Assembly (NCBI GenBank): GCA_964411345.1
Contig: CAYPKP010000006.1
Coordinates: 25,942 to 88,179, forward strand
Reading direction: 5' to 3'
DNA length: 62,238 nt
Source of the DNA: an uncultured Rikenella sp.
GTDB taxonomy: Bacteria; Bacteroidota; Bacteroidia; Bacteroidales; VadinHA17
In this document: positions 46,185-55,783 of the stretch, piece by piece
Layout: every line of letters starts with the position of its first letter
How positions within the stretch are numbered: position 1 is the first letter of the stretch
Position numbers and translations under genes: made by a program
Notes under the pieces: generated by a model
Databases searched by the model: none
What the model was told of the DNA's origin: nothing
What the model saw: the letters and a program-made list of their open reading frames with translations, nothing else

Positions 46185-46308
46185 GTCCGGATAATGATGT
46201 CTATTTCCCTGTTAACCAATTTATTATACACCATGCACAAATGTGACCTGTTAAACCTGATCCCTGTTTTGTTACAGGTGTATGTAAATATACCGAAATA
46301 TACAGATT

Positions 46309-46326
46309 TTTGTCAGATGTATGACA
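46309..46326. promoter_or_regulatory. Candidate GntR operator in the divergent promoter region
   Basis: TGTCAGAT|GTATGACA pseudo-palindrome; shares TTTGTCAGAT with the 44446 site. Confidence 0.5.
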
Positions 46327-46388
46327 CATTTATAAAAACTTTCTATTTTTGAATCATATTTACTAATTTAAACAAAAAAATACCAGAG

Positions 46389-49300
46389 ATGCGAAGATCC
46401 AGTCTCCTCTTTTCTCTCCTCTTATTCCTTGTTGCGCCCGTAATGTTTCAGCCTCTGTCGGGGCAGAAGCCCGGCAGGATGCAGCGAATAGCCGAATCAA
46501 GGCTGAGTGAGTGGGTCACCCCCATCCCGGAGTGGCTTTTCCCGGAAGAGATGAGGATCGATTCCGTGAGTGTTGATGACGGGCAGCGGGAGGTCAGCAT
46601 CTGGCTGCCGGCCGAGGCAGCGCAGAATCCGGTCAGGGAAGAGACTCACGCCCGGCTTGTCAACTCTGTGAGGGAGAGCCTGGGAAGGAGGTTCTCCGGG
46701 TACGGTATCACAGTCCTGTGCGGTGTACAGCCTCTTGAGGAGCTCATACCGAACTACTTCAGGTATGAGCTTCCCCGTGACGCCGGGAGGATACTTCCCG
46801 CACCGGAGTTGAGGCCCCGGCTGGTAGAGCGGATCGGGTCGCCTGAGTCTCCGGAAGGTCTTGACGGCAGGTATATTGCCCTGTGGCACAGTCACGGATA
46901 CTATTTCGACATGACCCTCGACCGCTGGGAGTGGCAGCGTGCGAAGCTCTTCGGCAGTGTGGAGGATCTTTCGGTCATGGCCTACGTAATTCCATACCTT
47001 GTACCCATGCTTGAGAATTCCGGAGCAACGGTATTTCTGCCGCGCGAAAGAGACATACAGGTCAATGAAGTTATCGTTGACAACGACGGTTCTACTGGCA
47101 ACTCCGAGTTTGTATTGCAGGTATCCGAACCTCCTGCTGAGGCGGGATCCGGTTTCACGGTCAGGGATACGCTCTTCAGCGGTGACAATCCCTTCCTCAT
47201 GGGCACTGCCCTGACCATCAGCGACGGCTCAGCGCTGTTCGTTCCCGAGATACCCGAAAGGGGATCATACGGTGTCACGGTCTCCTGGCCGCGTCTCACT
47301 GACGGAGCGGGCAAGGTGCTTTTCAGGGTAGCTCACACCGGCGGGGTGACTGAATTTATTGCAGACCAGTCGGTGGGAGGCGGCACCTGGGTCTGGCTTG
47401 GCTCCTTCATATTCGATAAGGGTCTTGACCGCGACAGAGGCTCTGTCACCATCACCTCTGCCGACGGTTCACCGGTGGCCGTTGATGTTGTCCGTTTCGG
47501 AGGCGGCATGGGCAACGTAGCCCGCCGCCCCTCAGCAACGGTGATAGCCAACCAGTGGTCGCTCAATGCCGGCGAACAGGCTGCTGACGACGAGAGCCAC
47601 GCCTCCGCCGAAAGCTTCAGATGGAAACTGAGCGGCAAGCCGCGGTATCTTGAGGCCGCCCGCTACTGGCTTCAGTTTGCAGGCATGCCTGACACCCTGG
47701 TTTATACGGTCAATCATGGGAGAAACGATTACAATGACGACTACATGTCGCGGTCCGAATGGGTCAACTACCTGCACCGCAAGCCTGACAGTACCGGCGG
47801 CAACGGCATGGGTATCCCCGTGGACCTCTCCTTTGCATTTCATACTGATGCCGGCATCACACCGGATGATTCCATCATCGGCACGCTCGGCATCTATTCA
47901 ACGGCAACCAACGAAGGCAGATTCCCCGACGGCACCAGTCGTCTTGCCAGCCGTGACCTTACTGATATTGTCCAGACCCAGATCGTAGAAGACATATATG
48001 TTATCTTCAATCCCGACTGGACCAGGCGTGCCATGTGGGACCGTTCCTATTATGAGGCACGCAAGCCCGATGTGCCTGCCATGCTCCTGGAACTGCTCTC
48101 TCATCAGAACCTTGCCGACCAGCGTTACGGGTTTGACCCACGCTTTCGCTTCCATGTGAGCCGTGCCGTCTACAAGGGTATCCTCCGCTATCTGGCCACC
48201 GCCTCTGGCACGGAGTATACCGTTCATCCGCTGCCCGTCTCTCACCTGGAGCTTGCTCCCCTGGGCACCAAGAGCATCAGGCTGAAATGGACGCCGGTAA
48301 CTGATCCCCTGGAGTCGACCGCTGACCCGCTCTCATACAAGGTCTACATGGCTGTCGGCGACAACGGCTTTGACAACGGCAGGGAGGTGACCGGCACCAC
48401 CCTTGACATCGAGCTTCCGTCATTCAACATGCTCTACCGGTTCAGGGTCACCGCACTGAATGAAGGGGGAGAGAGCTTCCCCTCGGAGACGCTGTCGACA
48501 GGCTTTGTAGCGGACTCCGGGGAGACCGTGCTTGTTGTCAACGGTTTTGACCGTATCTCCGGTCCCTCGTGGTTTGACCGCGGCGGCATGGGCGGCGTGG
48601 CATGGTGGGATGACCGCGGGGTGGCTGACGGCTACAATTTTTCGAGCATAGGCGACCAGTATGACTTTAACCGCAGGTCGCCCTGGACCGATGATGACAA
48701 TCCGGGATGGGGCGCTTCATGGTCTGACGGCGAGGGAAAGATCATCCCTGGTAACACATTCGACTTTTCTGCGATCCACGGCAGTTCAATCATGGCCGCC
48801 GGCAGGTCGTTCATCTCGGTCAGCGATGAGGTATTCAACAGTGCCGGATTCGATCTCAGACCATACGCTGCCGTTGACCTGCTCTTCGGTGAAGAGAAGA
48901 GCATCCCTTCAGTTTATGATCCGGAAAAGAAGGAGTTTCAGATATACACTCCTGAGTTCGTGCGGAGCCTGGAGAGACTCTCCGAGGCTTCCATGCCACT
49001 GTTCATGTCCGGGGCCTACGTCGGCACCGATCTTGTGATCGCGGCTGACAGTGCCGTCACTGCAAAGGTGATGCAGATCCTTCATTTCAAACCCCGTACC
49101 AACCACGCCGTAAGAACAGGTGAATTCTACGCCACCGACATCGCAGGGCCTGACCTCTCAGGCAGGTTTTCATTCAACACCGGATCCTGTACTGGTATCT
49201 ACGCAGCCGAATCACCCGATGCCATCGAGCCGGCCGACAGGAGATCGCACACAGCATTCCGCTATTCGGAGAACAATACGTCAGCTGCCGTCAGGCATAA

Positions 49301-49409
49301 TGGAGAGGTGAGAACCGTTGTCACCGGCTTCCCGTTTGAAACTGTAACCTCGCAGGAAGAGAGAGACAGTCTGATGAAGCAGATACTGGATTTCATCCTG
49401 AAGAAATAA
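46389..49409 (+). CDS. Multidomain Zn amidase (Amidase_3-like) + golvesin/Xly-CBD-like + fibronectin III protein
   Basis: IALWHSHG, VEDL, FHTDAG, LLELLSHQN; GGTWVWLGSF..AVDVVRFGGG; FN3 KWTP..SYKVY..YRFRVTALNEGGES. Confidence 0.75.
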   Translation: MRRSSLLFSLLLFLVAPVMFQPLSGQKPGRMQRIAESRLSEWVTPIPEWLFPEEMRIDSVSVDDGQREVSIWLPAEAAQNPVREETHARLVNSVRESLGRRFSGYGITVLCGVQPLEELIPNYFRYELPRDAGRILPAPELRPRLVERIGSPESPEGLDGRYIALWHSHGYYFDMTLDRWEWQRAKLFGSVEDLSVMAYVIPYLVPMLENSGATVFLPRERDIQVNEVIVDNDGSTGNSEFVLQVSEPPAEAGSGFTVRDTLFSGDNPFLMGTALTISDGSALFVPEIPERGSYGVTVSWPRLTDGAGKVLFRVAHTGGVTEFIADQSVGGGTWVWLGSFIFDKGLDRDRGSVTITSADGSPVAVDVVRFGGGMGNVARRPSATVIANQWSLNAGEQAADDESHASAESFRWKLSGKPRYLEAARYWLQFAGMPDTLVYTVNHGRNDYNDDYMSRSEWVNYLHRKPDSTGGNGMGIPVDLSFAFHTDAGITPDDSIIGTLGIYSTATNEGRFPDGTSRLASRDLTDIVQTQIVEDIYVIFNPDWTRRAMWDRSYYEARKPDVPAMLLELLSHQNLADQRYGFDPRFRFHVSRAVYKGILRYLATASGTEYTVHPLPVSHLELAPLGTKSIRLKWTPVTDPLESTADPLSYKVYMAVGDNGFDNGREVTGTTLDIELPSFNMLYRFRVTALNEGGESFPSETLSTGFVADSGETVLVVNGFDRISGPSWFDRGGMGGVAWWDDRGVADGYNFSSIGDQYDFNRRSPWTDDDNPGWGASWSDGEGKIIPGNTFDFSAIHGSSIMAAGRSFISVSDEVFNSAGFDLRPYAAVDLLFGEEKSIPSVYDPEKKEFQIYTPEFVRSLERLSEASMPLFMSGAYVGTDLVIAADSAVTAKVMQILHFKPRTNHAVRTGEFYATDIAGPDLSGRFSFNTGSCTGIYAAESPDAIEPADRRSHTAFRYSENNTSAAVRHNGEVRTVVTGFPFETVTSQEERDSLMKQILDFILKK

Positions 49410-49418
49410 TCCGACATC

Positions 49419-50891
49419 ATGGAGAGAAAAATAACATGCTTTTTGCCCTGGTCTGACTCCGGCTCAGTGGCAGCAACAGTAAGATCACTCAGGAGTTCAG
49501 AAGCAGTCAGCAGGATCTTCATCGTAGTACCCCCTGACCATACTGGTGATATCGGGATACAGGAGACACAGATTCTTCGGTCAGCAGGATTTGCATCCAC
49601 CGACGCCCTGAAGAAAATGGCAGCGGTGACTGACACCGATTTTGTATTGATATACAGCAAGGGCTTCCCGCTCGATCCGGGGAGATTTGCCTTCGAGCGG
49701 CTGATACAGGTTTGCGAAGGCACAGGTGCCGGCATGGTCTACTCAGACTACTTCGAGAAAAAGAGTGAGAAGCTCTCACCCCATCCTCTGATAGATTACC
49801 AGGAGGGCAGCCTTCGCGACGACTTCAATTTCGGCTCGGTCATCCTTTACAGTGCCGACGCCTTCAGGAAAGCCTGCAGCGCCATGAACGAAGATTACAG
49901 CTTTGCCGGGCAGTACGATCTGAGGCTCAGGGTCTCGCAGTCCTATCCCGTGGTCCATATCCCGGAGATGCTCTATACAGAGGTGGAGACGGACACCCGC
50001 AGGTCGGGTGAGAAGATGTTTGATTATGTCGATCCGCGCAACAGGGAGGTTCAGAAGGAGATGGAGAGAGCCTGTACGGATCACCTCAGGGAGGTCGGCG
50101 CCTGGCTTGGACCGCAGTTCAGGGAGATGGCATTCGATGATGAGACCTTTGAATACGATGCCTCTGTCATCATTCCTGTGCGAAACAGGGTCAAAACCAT
50201 AGGTGATGCCATCGAATCGGTGCTGAGCCAGAAATCGCACTACAGCTTTAACCTGATACTCGTTGACAACCACTCCACCGACGGTACAACTGACGTTGTC
50301 AGGTCGTTTGCAGGCGACAGCAGGGTGGTGCATATCATACCGGAAAGAGATGATCTGGGGATCGGAGGATGCTGGAACGAGGCTATTTTCAGTGATAAGT
50401 GCGGCAAGTTTGCCATACAGCTTGACAGTGACGACCTTTATATCGACGACTCGGTGGTGACAAGGATCGTTGACGCCTTTCATGAGCAGCAGTGCGGCAT
50501 GGTGGTAGGCTCCTACAGGATGGTCAACTTTGAGCTGAAGGATATCCCTCCGGGGCTTATAGACCACAGGGAGTGGACTCCCGACAACGGCAGGAACAAT
50601 GCGTTGAGGATCAACGGCCTCGGGGCTCCCCGGGCCTTCTACACGCCTCTCCTGCGCAGTGTCAGGGTCCCCAACGTCAGCTACGGCGAAGATTATGCCG
50701 TCGGCCTCGCAATAAGCCGGCACTACAGGATAGGACGGATATATGAACCCCTTTATCTCTGCCGCCGCTGGGATGAAAACTCAGATGCCCTTCTGGATGT
50801 CGGAAGGATGAATGCACATAATCTCTATAAGGACAGGATACGCACGATGGAGCTTCTTGCCAGGAGACGTTTGATCAGCAGCGGAAGGTGA
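49419..50891 (+). CDS. Glycosyltransferase family 2 protein (two GT-A-like domains)
   Basis: SVIIPVRNR, LVDNHSTDGT, QLDSDD, YGEDY; N-domain with VYSDY..PLIDYQ.GSLRDDF. Confidence 0.88.
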   Translation: MERKITCFLPWSDSGSVAATVRSLRSSEAVSRIFIVVPPDHTGDIGIQETQILRSAGFASTDALKKMAAVTDTDFVLIYSKGFPLDPGRFAFERLIQVCEGTGAGMVYSDYFEKKSEKLSPHPLIDYQEGSLRDDFNFGSVILYSADAFRKACSAMNEDYSFAGQYDLRLRVSQSYPVVHIPEMLYTEVETDTRRSGEKMFDYVDPRNREVQKEMERACTDHLREVGAWLGPQFREMAFDDETFEYDASVIIPVRNRVKTIGDAIESVLSQKSHYSFNLILVDNHSTDGTTDVVRSFAGDSRVVHIIPERDDLGIGGCWNEAIFSDKCGKFAIQLDSDDLYIDDSVVTRIVDAFHEQQCGMVVGSYRMVNFELKDIPPGLIDHREWTPDNGRNNALRINGLGAPRAFYTPLLRSVRVPNVSYGEDYAVGLAISRHYRIGRIYEPLYLCRRWDENSDALLDVGRMNAHNLYKDRIRTMELLARRRLISSGR

Positions 50892-51032
50892 AACCGGAAA
50901 GCATAGGCAATAAGGACTGAGGAACATATTCGCCCTGAAAATTATTCGCAGGTAAAACTGAAAACCAGATGCTGGGTAAGCTGAAGAGCAGATTTAAGCT
51001 GAGGAGTATTCACAGGGGAAATTGAAAATCAT

Positions 51033-51971
51033 ATGCACGATCACTCAAATATGGTAAATGATCTCTTCGAGAGTCAGTTCATGGAGTGGCCTCTGGCGCG
51101 CGACAACTATGGTCAGCTTGACGGTGTGAGGGTAAGGAAGATACCTTTCCCGGGCTACGAGATCGCCGTGCAGTTTAATCCCGGGAGGATCGTCTCATCA
51201 GCGGCGAAGGTGGATGCCGGCTCCATCAAAGCGAGACCCTGCTTCCTCTGTGAGGATAACAGGCCGCCGGAGCAGAGGGGAGTGCCCTTTGGCAGCGACT
51301 ACATCATACTGATCAATCCCTTTCCGATATTCAGGCGTCATCTTACCATCGTTAACAGGGCACATACACCGCAGCAGATTGAAGGCAACTTTGCCTCAAT
51401 GCTCTCTCTGGCAGAGGCACTGCCCGATTTTGTCATCTTCTACAACGGCCCGCAATGCGGAGCCTCAGCTCCCGACCACCTCCATTTCCAGGCCGGCAAC
51501 AGGGGTTTTCTGCCGGTGGAGAAAGATTTCGGCAAACCTGACCTCGGCACTGCCGCGGTCTCCTCAGAAGGTGTTGAACTACGTCTGTGGAGCGGCTATG
51601 GCAGGGGGATGCTGACTCTTGCGGGGAGTGACAGCAGGGCTATCGACAATGCCTTTTCCCGTTTTTACGGTACGTTTGCCGCCACACAGCCTGAACGGCC
51701 GGAACCCATGCTTAACATGCTTGCTTACCACTCCGCGGGCAGATGGACAGTGCATATAGTACCCCGAAGGGTTCACAGGCCGTCGTGCTACTTTGCCGCG
51801 GAGCAGGAAAGGATTCTGCTGAGCCCGGCGTCAGTTGACATGGGAGGGGTGTTCATCACCCCCAGGGAAGAGGATTACAACAAGATCACCGCCGCTGATA
51901 TCAGCAGCATCCTCGGAGAGGTATGCCTTAGCGACGGTGAGATGAAATCATTAACGGAAGTACTATTATGA
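51033..51971 (+). CDS. DUF4922 protein (HIT/GalT-like HxHxQ nucleotidyl transferase/phosphorylase)
   Basis: QFNPGRIVSS.AKVD, RPCFLC, NPFPIF..HLTI, FYNGPQCGASAPDHLHFQAG. Confidence 0.82.
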   Translation: MHDHSNMVNDLFESQFMEWPLARDNYGQLDGVRVRKIPFPGYEIAVQFNPGRIVSSAAKVDAGSIKARPCFLCEDNRPPEQRGVPFGSDYIILINPFPIFRRHLTIVNRAHTPQQIEGNFASMLSLAEALPDFVIFYNGPQCGASAPDHLHFQAGNRGFLPVEKDFGKPDLGTAAVSSEGVELRLWSGYGRGMLTLAGSDSRAIDNAFSRFYGTFAATQPERPEPMLNMLAYHSAGRWTVHIVPRRVHRPSCYFAAEQERILLSPASVDMGGVFITPREEDYNKITAADISSILGEVCLSDGEMKSLTEVLL

Positions 51972-53311
51972 AGGAGAGAAGCTTTCCCGAAATAAGCGTG
52001 GGCATAGTGTCAGGCAAGGCACTGACGGTCACTCTCAACGGAGAGTATAATGTCTCAGGGGCTGAGCGAAGCATTCAAGGCCAGTGGACTGCAGCATTCA
52101 GTGAAGGCAGAGTCGTGCTCACAGGTGACGGAGCCCCCGTACAGGCAGGCCGGGAGCTGATACTGGTGCCGGCAGATCACCGGCGCTGCAGCTTCACCCT
52201 CCATGCCGTGACCATAGGCGTAGCCTTTCACTGGGAGCGCAACGAAGACCAGACCTTCGTGGGCAAGCTGAAGTTCATGATCATTGAAGAGCGGGTTACG
52301 GCAGTAAATCTGGTGCCTGTTGAGGATTACCTTGCCAGTGTGATCTCCTCGGAGATGAGTGCCACATCATCGGTGGAGCTGCTGAAGGCGCACGCCGTGA
52401 TATCAAGGAGCTGGCTGCTGGCGCAGATCGACAAAACCGCACGCCTCGAAGCAGGAGGAAAGCGGCATGCTGCAAACCAGGTTACCGCAGGTGAAATCAT
52501 CCGTTGGTATGACCGGGAAGACCACAGGGAGTATGATGTTTGCGCTGATGATCACTGCCAGCGTTACCAGGGGATCACCAGGGCAACAACTCCGGAGGTG
52601 GAGAGCGCTGTGCGGGAGACAGCCGGAGAGGTGCTCATGTCAGGCGATGCACTGTGTGATGCACGTTACTCCAAGTGCTGCGGCGGCATCACTGAACTGT
52701 TTGAAAACGTTTGGGAGCCGGTAAGCCACGACTGTCTGCAGAGCGTCACGGATGCTGTCCGTCCGCCCGAGGGCTTCAACACGGATCTCACCACAGAGGA
52801 GAATGCTGTCAGATGGATAAAAGGTAATCCAGGAGCCTTCTGCAACAGCAATGACAGGGCGGTCCTGTCGCAGGTGCTCAACAGCTATGACCAGGAGACC
52901 AACGACTTCTTCCGTTGGAAGGTGGCATACAGGCAGGAGGAGCTCAGTGCCCTGGTGAGGGAGCGCACCGGCATCGATTTTGGCTTGATAACGGCCATGG
53001 AACCGCTGGAACGCGGCACCTCCGGGCGCATCATAAAACTGAAGATCACGGGTGACAGGAAGAGTATGATAATTGGCAAGGAGCTGGAGATCAGAAAGGC
53101 ACTCTCAACGTCGCATCTTTACAGCTCGGCCTTCTTTGTAGAGACAGAAGATGACGAACAGGGCAGATCCTTTATACTTCACGGCGCCGGATGGGGCCAC
53201 GGGGTGGGACTCTGCCAGATAGGAGCCGCGGTTATGGGCTCTCTGGGCTTCGGGTACACGGAGATCCTCTCGCACTATTTTGTACATTCAGTGCTTCAAA
53301 AGATATACTAA
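51968..53311 (+). CDS. SpoIID/LytB-domain protein (putative lytic transglycosylase)
   Basis: EDYLASVISSEM, KAHAVISRS, DDHCQRYQG, GAGWGHGVGLCQIGA, ILSHYF. Confidence 0.9.
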   Translation: MKERSFPEISVGIVSGKALTVTLNGEYNVSGAERSIQGQWTAAFSEGRVVLTGDGAPVQAGRELILVPADHRRCSFTLHAVTIGVAFHWERNEDQTFVGKLKFMIIEERVTAVNLVPVEDYLASVISSEMSATSSVELLKAHAVISRSWLLAQIDKTARLEAGGKRHAANQVTAGEIIRWYDREDHREYDVCADDHCQRYQGITRATTPEVESAVRETAGEVLMSGDALCDARYSKCCGGITELFENVWEPVSHDCLQSVTDAVRPPEGFNTDLTTEENAVRWIKGNPGAFCNSNDRAVLSQVLNSYDQETNDFFRWKVAYRQEELSALVRERTGIDFGLITAMEPLERGTSGRIIKLKITGDRKSMIIGKELEIRKALSTSHLYSSAFFVETEDDEQGRSFILHGAGWGHGVGLCQIGAAVMGSLGFGYTEILSHYFVHSVLQKIY

Positions 53312-53312
53312 G

Positions 53313-55781
53313 ATGAAAAGCATTATTTCACTTGCATTGCTGTTATGCCTGCCTTTTTTTACCGCAGAGGCAGACTCATGGATAAGGATCAACCAGCTGG
53401 GATACCTTCCGCAGTCGGTGAAGGTGGCAGTATACATCTCGCAGGAGCCGGGGGCCAAACCTACATTCACGGTCTGTGATGCCCTGACGGGAAAGAGGGT
53501 ATTCACCGGCAAGGCATCCCTATATGACGGTTCGGCATGGGGTATGGGTGCCGCAGCCAGGCTTGACTTCTCGGCACTGACATCTCCGGGAGGCTATTAT
53601 ATCAGGTACGGAAACACCATCTCGGAGACATTTCGCATAGGCCATGGGGTCTATGACGGTACGGCTGACTTCATTCTGAACTATATCAGGCAGCAGCGTT
53701 GCGGGTACAATCCCTTCCTGGCCGACACATGTCATGCCCATGACGGGGTCATTGTGGATCATCCTGCCCTTACAGGAACGGTCATTGATGTCAGGGGAGG
53801 GTATCATGATGCCAGTGATCACCTGAGATACACAGCCACCACATCCACTTCGGTCTACCAGATGATGTTCGCCTGGGAGAGATCGCCGGAGATCTACGGC
53901 GACAGCCATGATGCTGCCGGTATGCCCGGCAGCAACGGTATTCCCGATATCCTTGATGAGGCAAGGTGGGGCCTGGAGTGGCTGCTGAAGATGAACCCCG
54001 ACAGCGGGATGATGTTCAACCAGGTGGCTGACGACCGTGACCACCGGGGATTCAGGCTGCCGAACCTCGACAGGGCCGACTACGGGCTGGGGCCCTACAG
54101 GCCGGTTTACTTTGTCACAGGCAAGCCGCAGGGACTGGCCAGGTTCAAGAACCGCACCGAGGGAGTAGCCTCCACGGCAGGCAAATTTGCCTCGGTCTTT
54201 GCCATGGGGGCACGCATCTTTGCCGGCAGTGATCCCTCATTTGCCGCTCTAATGAAGTCAAGGGCTGCCGATGCCCTGGAGTATGCCCGTACTGACCCCG
54301 GTGCCACACAGACAGCCTGCAACGTCTCTCCCTATTTCTATGAGGAGGACAACTATGTTGATGACATGCAGCTGGCAGCATGGGAACTGTGGTCCCTCAC
54401 CGGTGATCAGGAGCTCCTGGCCGAGGCCGACTACTGGGGGACGCTCGAACCATTCACTCCGTGGATAGAGAAAGACACGGCACGCCATTACCAGTTTTAC
54501 CCGTTTGTTAACCTGGGGCACGCCCGGCTCGCCATGTCAGACACGCAGTATTCCCAAAAATATATTGACTTCATGCGGAAGGGGCTCGACCTTATCAACG
54601 CCCGCGATCAGCATGATGTCTTCCAGGTGAAGATACCCTTTGTGTGGTGCTCCAACAACTATGTGGCCGCAGCCCTGACACAGTGCAGGCTCTACCGCGA
54701 AATTACGGGAGACGGCAGGTTTGATCATATGGAGGCGGCGATGCGCGACTGGCTCTTCGGGTGCAACCCGTGGGGGACATCGATGATATGCGGGCTGCCG
54801 TCCGGAGGCGACTACCCCCTATATCCCCACTCGGCCGTTACAGTATACCTTGGCCAGACGACAACGGGAGGACTGGTTGACGGGCCGGTATACAGGGGCA
54901 TCTATGAGAGCCGCAAAGGGATCACCTTGCTAAATCCGGATCCCTATGCCGCCTTCCAGAACGGTCCTGTAGTCTATCACGATGACATCGGCGACTACAG
55001 CACGAACGAGCCTACGCTCGACGGTACTGCCAGCCTCAGCTATTACCTCTCCACGCTGGAGAAGGAGGGAAGGCAGGGTCGCGACCTGGCTTCGGGCGAT
55101 ATCCGGGATGATCACGGCGCCCTCATCAGGAAGAGCTCCGGAGAAAAGGCAATATACCTGCTCTTCTCCGCTGATGAGTATGGAGAAGGGTTTGATCACA
55201 TACTCAATGTGCTTGACCGCAAGATGATCAAAGGCTCTTTCTTTCTGACAGGCAATTTTCTCAGGAACAAACAGTTTGCGTCTGTAATTAAACGGCTGAT
55301 TTCCGGTGGTCACTACCTCGGGCCACACTCGGACGGACACCTTCTGTATATACCCTGGGAGAACCGCGATACCCTGCTGGTCACCAAGGATCAGTTCAAC
55401 CAGGATATGAGAAAGAACATCATTGAGCTGGGACGGGCAGGAGTCAGGGAGAAACCCCGCTGGTTCCTGGCGCCCTATGAATGGTACAACAGTGCCATCA
55501 GCCGGTGGAGTGAAGAGCTGGGGCTTACACTGGTGAACATCACTCCGGGCACCGGTACAGGCGCAGACTACACCACACCCGGGATGGCGAACTACAGGTC
55601 ATCGGAGTTTCTGATTGAGAGGCTTGCCAGGTTTGAGGAGAACTCACCCCTGGGACTGAACGGGGCGCTGCTGCTGATCCACCCGGGCACTGATCCGGCG
55701 CGGGAGGACAAGCTCTACCTGAAGCTGGAAGAGCTGATTGAATATTATCAGGAAAAAGGTTACACATTCAAAAAGTTATAA
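53313..55781 (+). CDS. GH9 (Ig-like + catalytic) fused to a C-terminal CE4 polysaccharide deacetylase
   Basis: IRINQLGY, DVRGGYHDASD, STNEPTLDG; then LLFSADE, GPHSDGHL, FLAPYE, LLIHPG; start at 53313. Confidence 0.82.
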   Translation: MKSIISLALLLCLPFFTAEADSWIRINQLGYLPQSVKVAVYISQEPGAKPTFTVCDALTGKRVFTGKASLYDGSAWGMGAAARLDFSALTSPGGYYIRYGNTISETFRIGHGVYDGTADFILNYIRQQRCGYNPFLADTCHAHDGVIVDHPALTGTVIDVRGGYHDASDHLRYTATTSTSVYQMMFAWERSPEIYGDSHDAAGMPGSNGIPDILDEARWGLEWLLKMNPDSGMMFNQVADDRDHRGFRLPNLDRADYGLGPYRPVYFVTGKPQGLARFKNRTEGVASTAGKFASVFAMGARIFAGSDPSFAALMKSRAADALEYARTDPGATQTACNVSPYFYEEDNYVDDMQLAAWELWSLTGDQELLAEADYWGTLEPFTPWIEKDTARHYQFYPFVNLGHARLAMSDTQYSQKYIDFMRKGLDLINARDQHDVFQVKIPFVWCSNNYVAAALTQCRLYREITGDGRFDHMEAAMRDWLFGCNPWGTSMICGLPSGGDYPLYPHSAVTVYLGQTTTGGLVDGPVYRGIYESRKGITLLNPDPYAAFQNGPVVYHDDIGDYSTNEPTLDGTASLSYYLSTLEKEGRQGRDLASGDIRDDHGALIRKSSGEKAIYLLFSADEYGEGFDHILNVLDRKMIKGSFFLTGNFLRNKQFASVIKRLISGGHYLGPHSDGHLLYIPWENRDTLLVTKDQFNQDMRKNIIELGRAGVREKPRWFLAPYEWYNSAISRWSEELGLTLVNITPGTGTGADYTTPGMANYRSSEFLIERLARFEENSPLGLNGALLLIHPGTDPAREDKLYLKLEELIEYYQEKGYTFKKL

Positions 55782-55783
55782 GC

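Noticed and set aside
46389-49409. Xanthan lyase annotation
   Set aside because: No PL8 catalytic domain was recognised; only a small Xly-CBD-like module, while amidase motifs and context point to peptidoglycan
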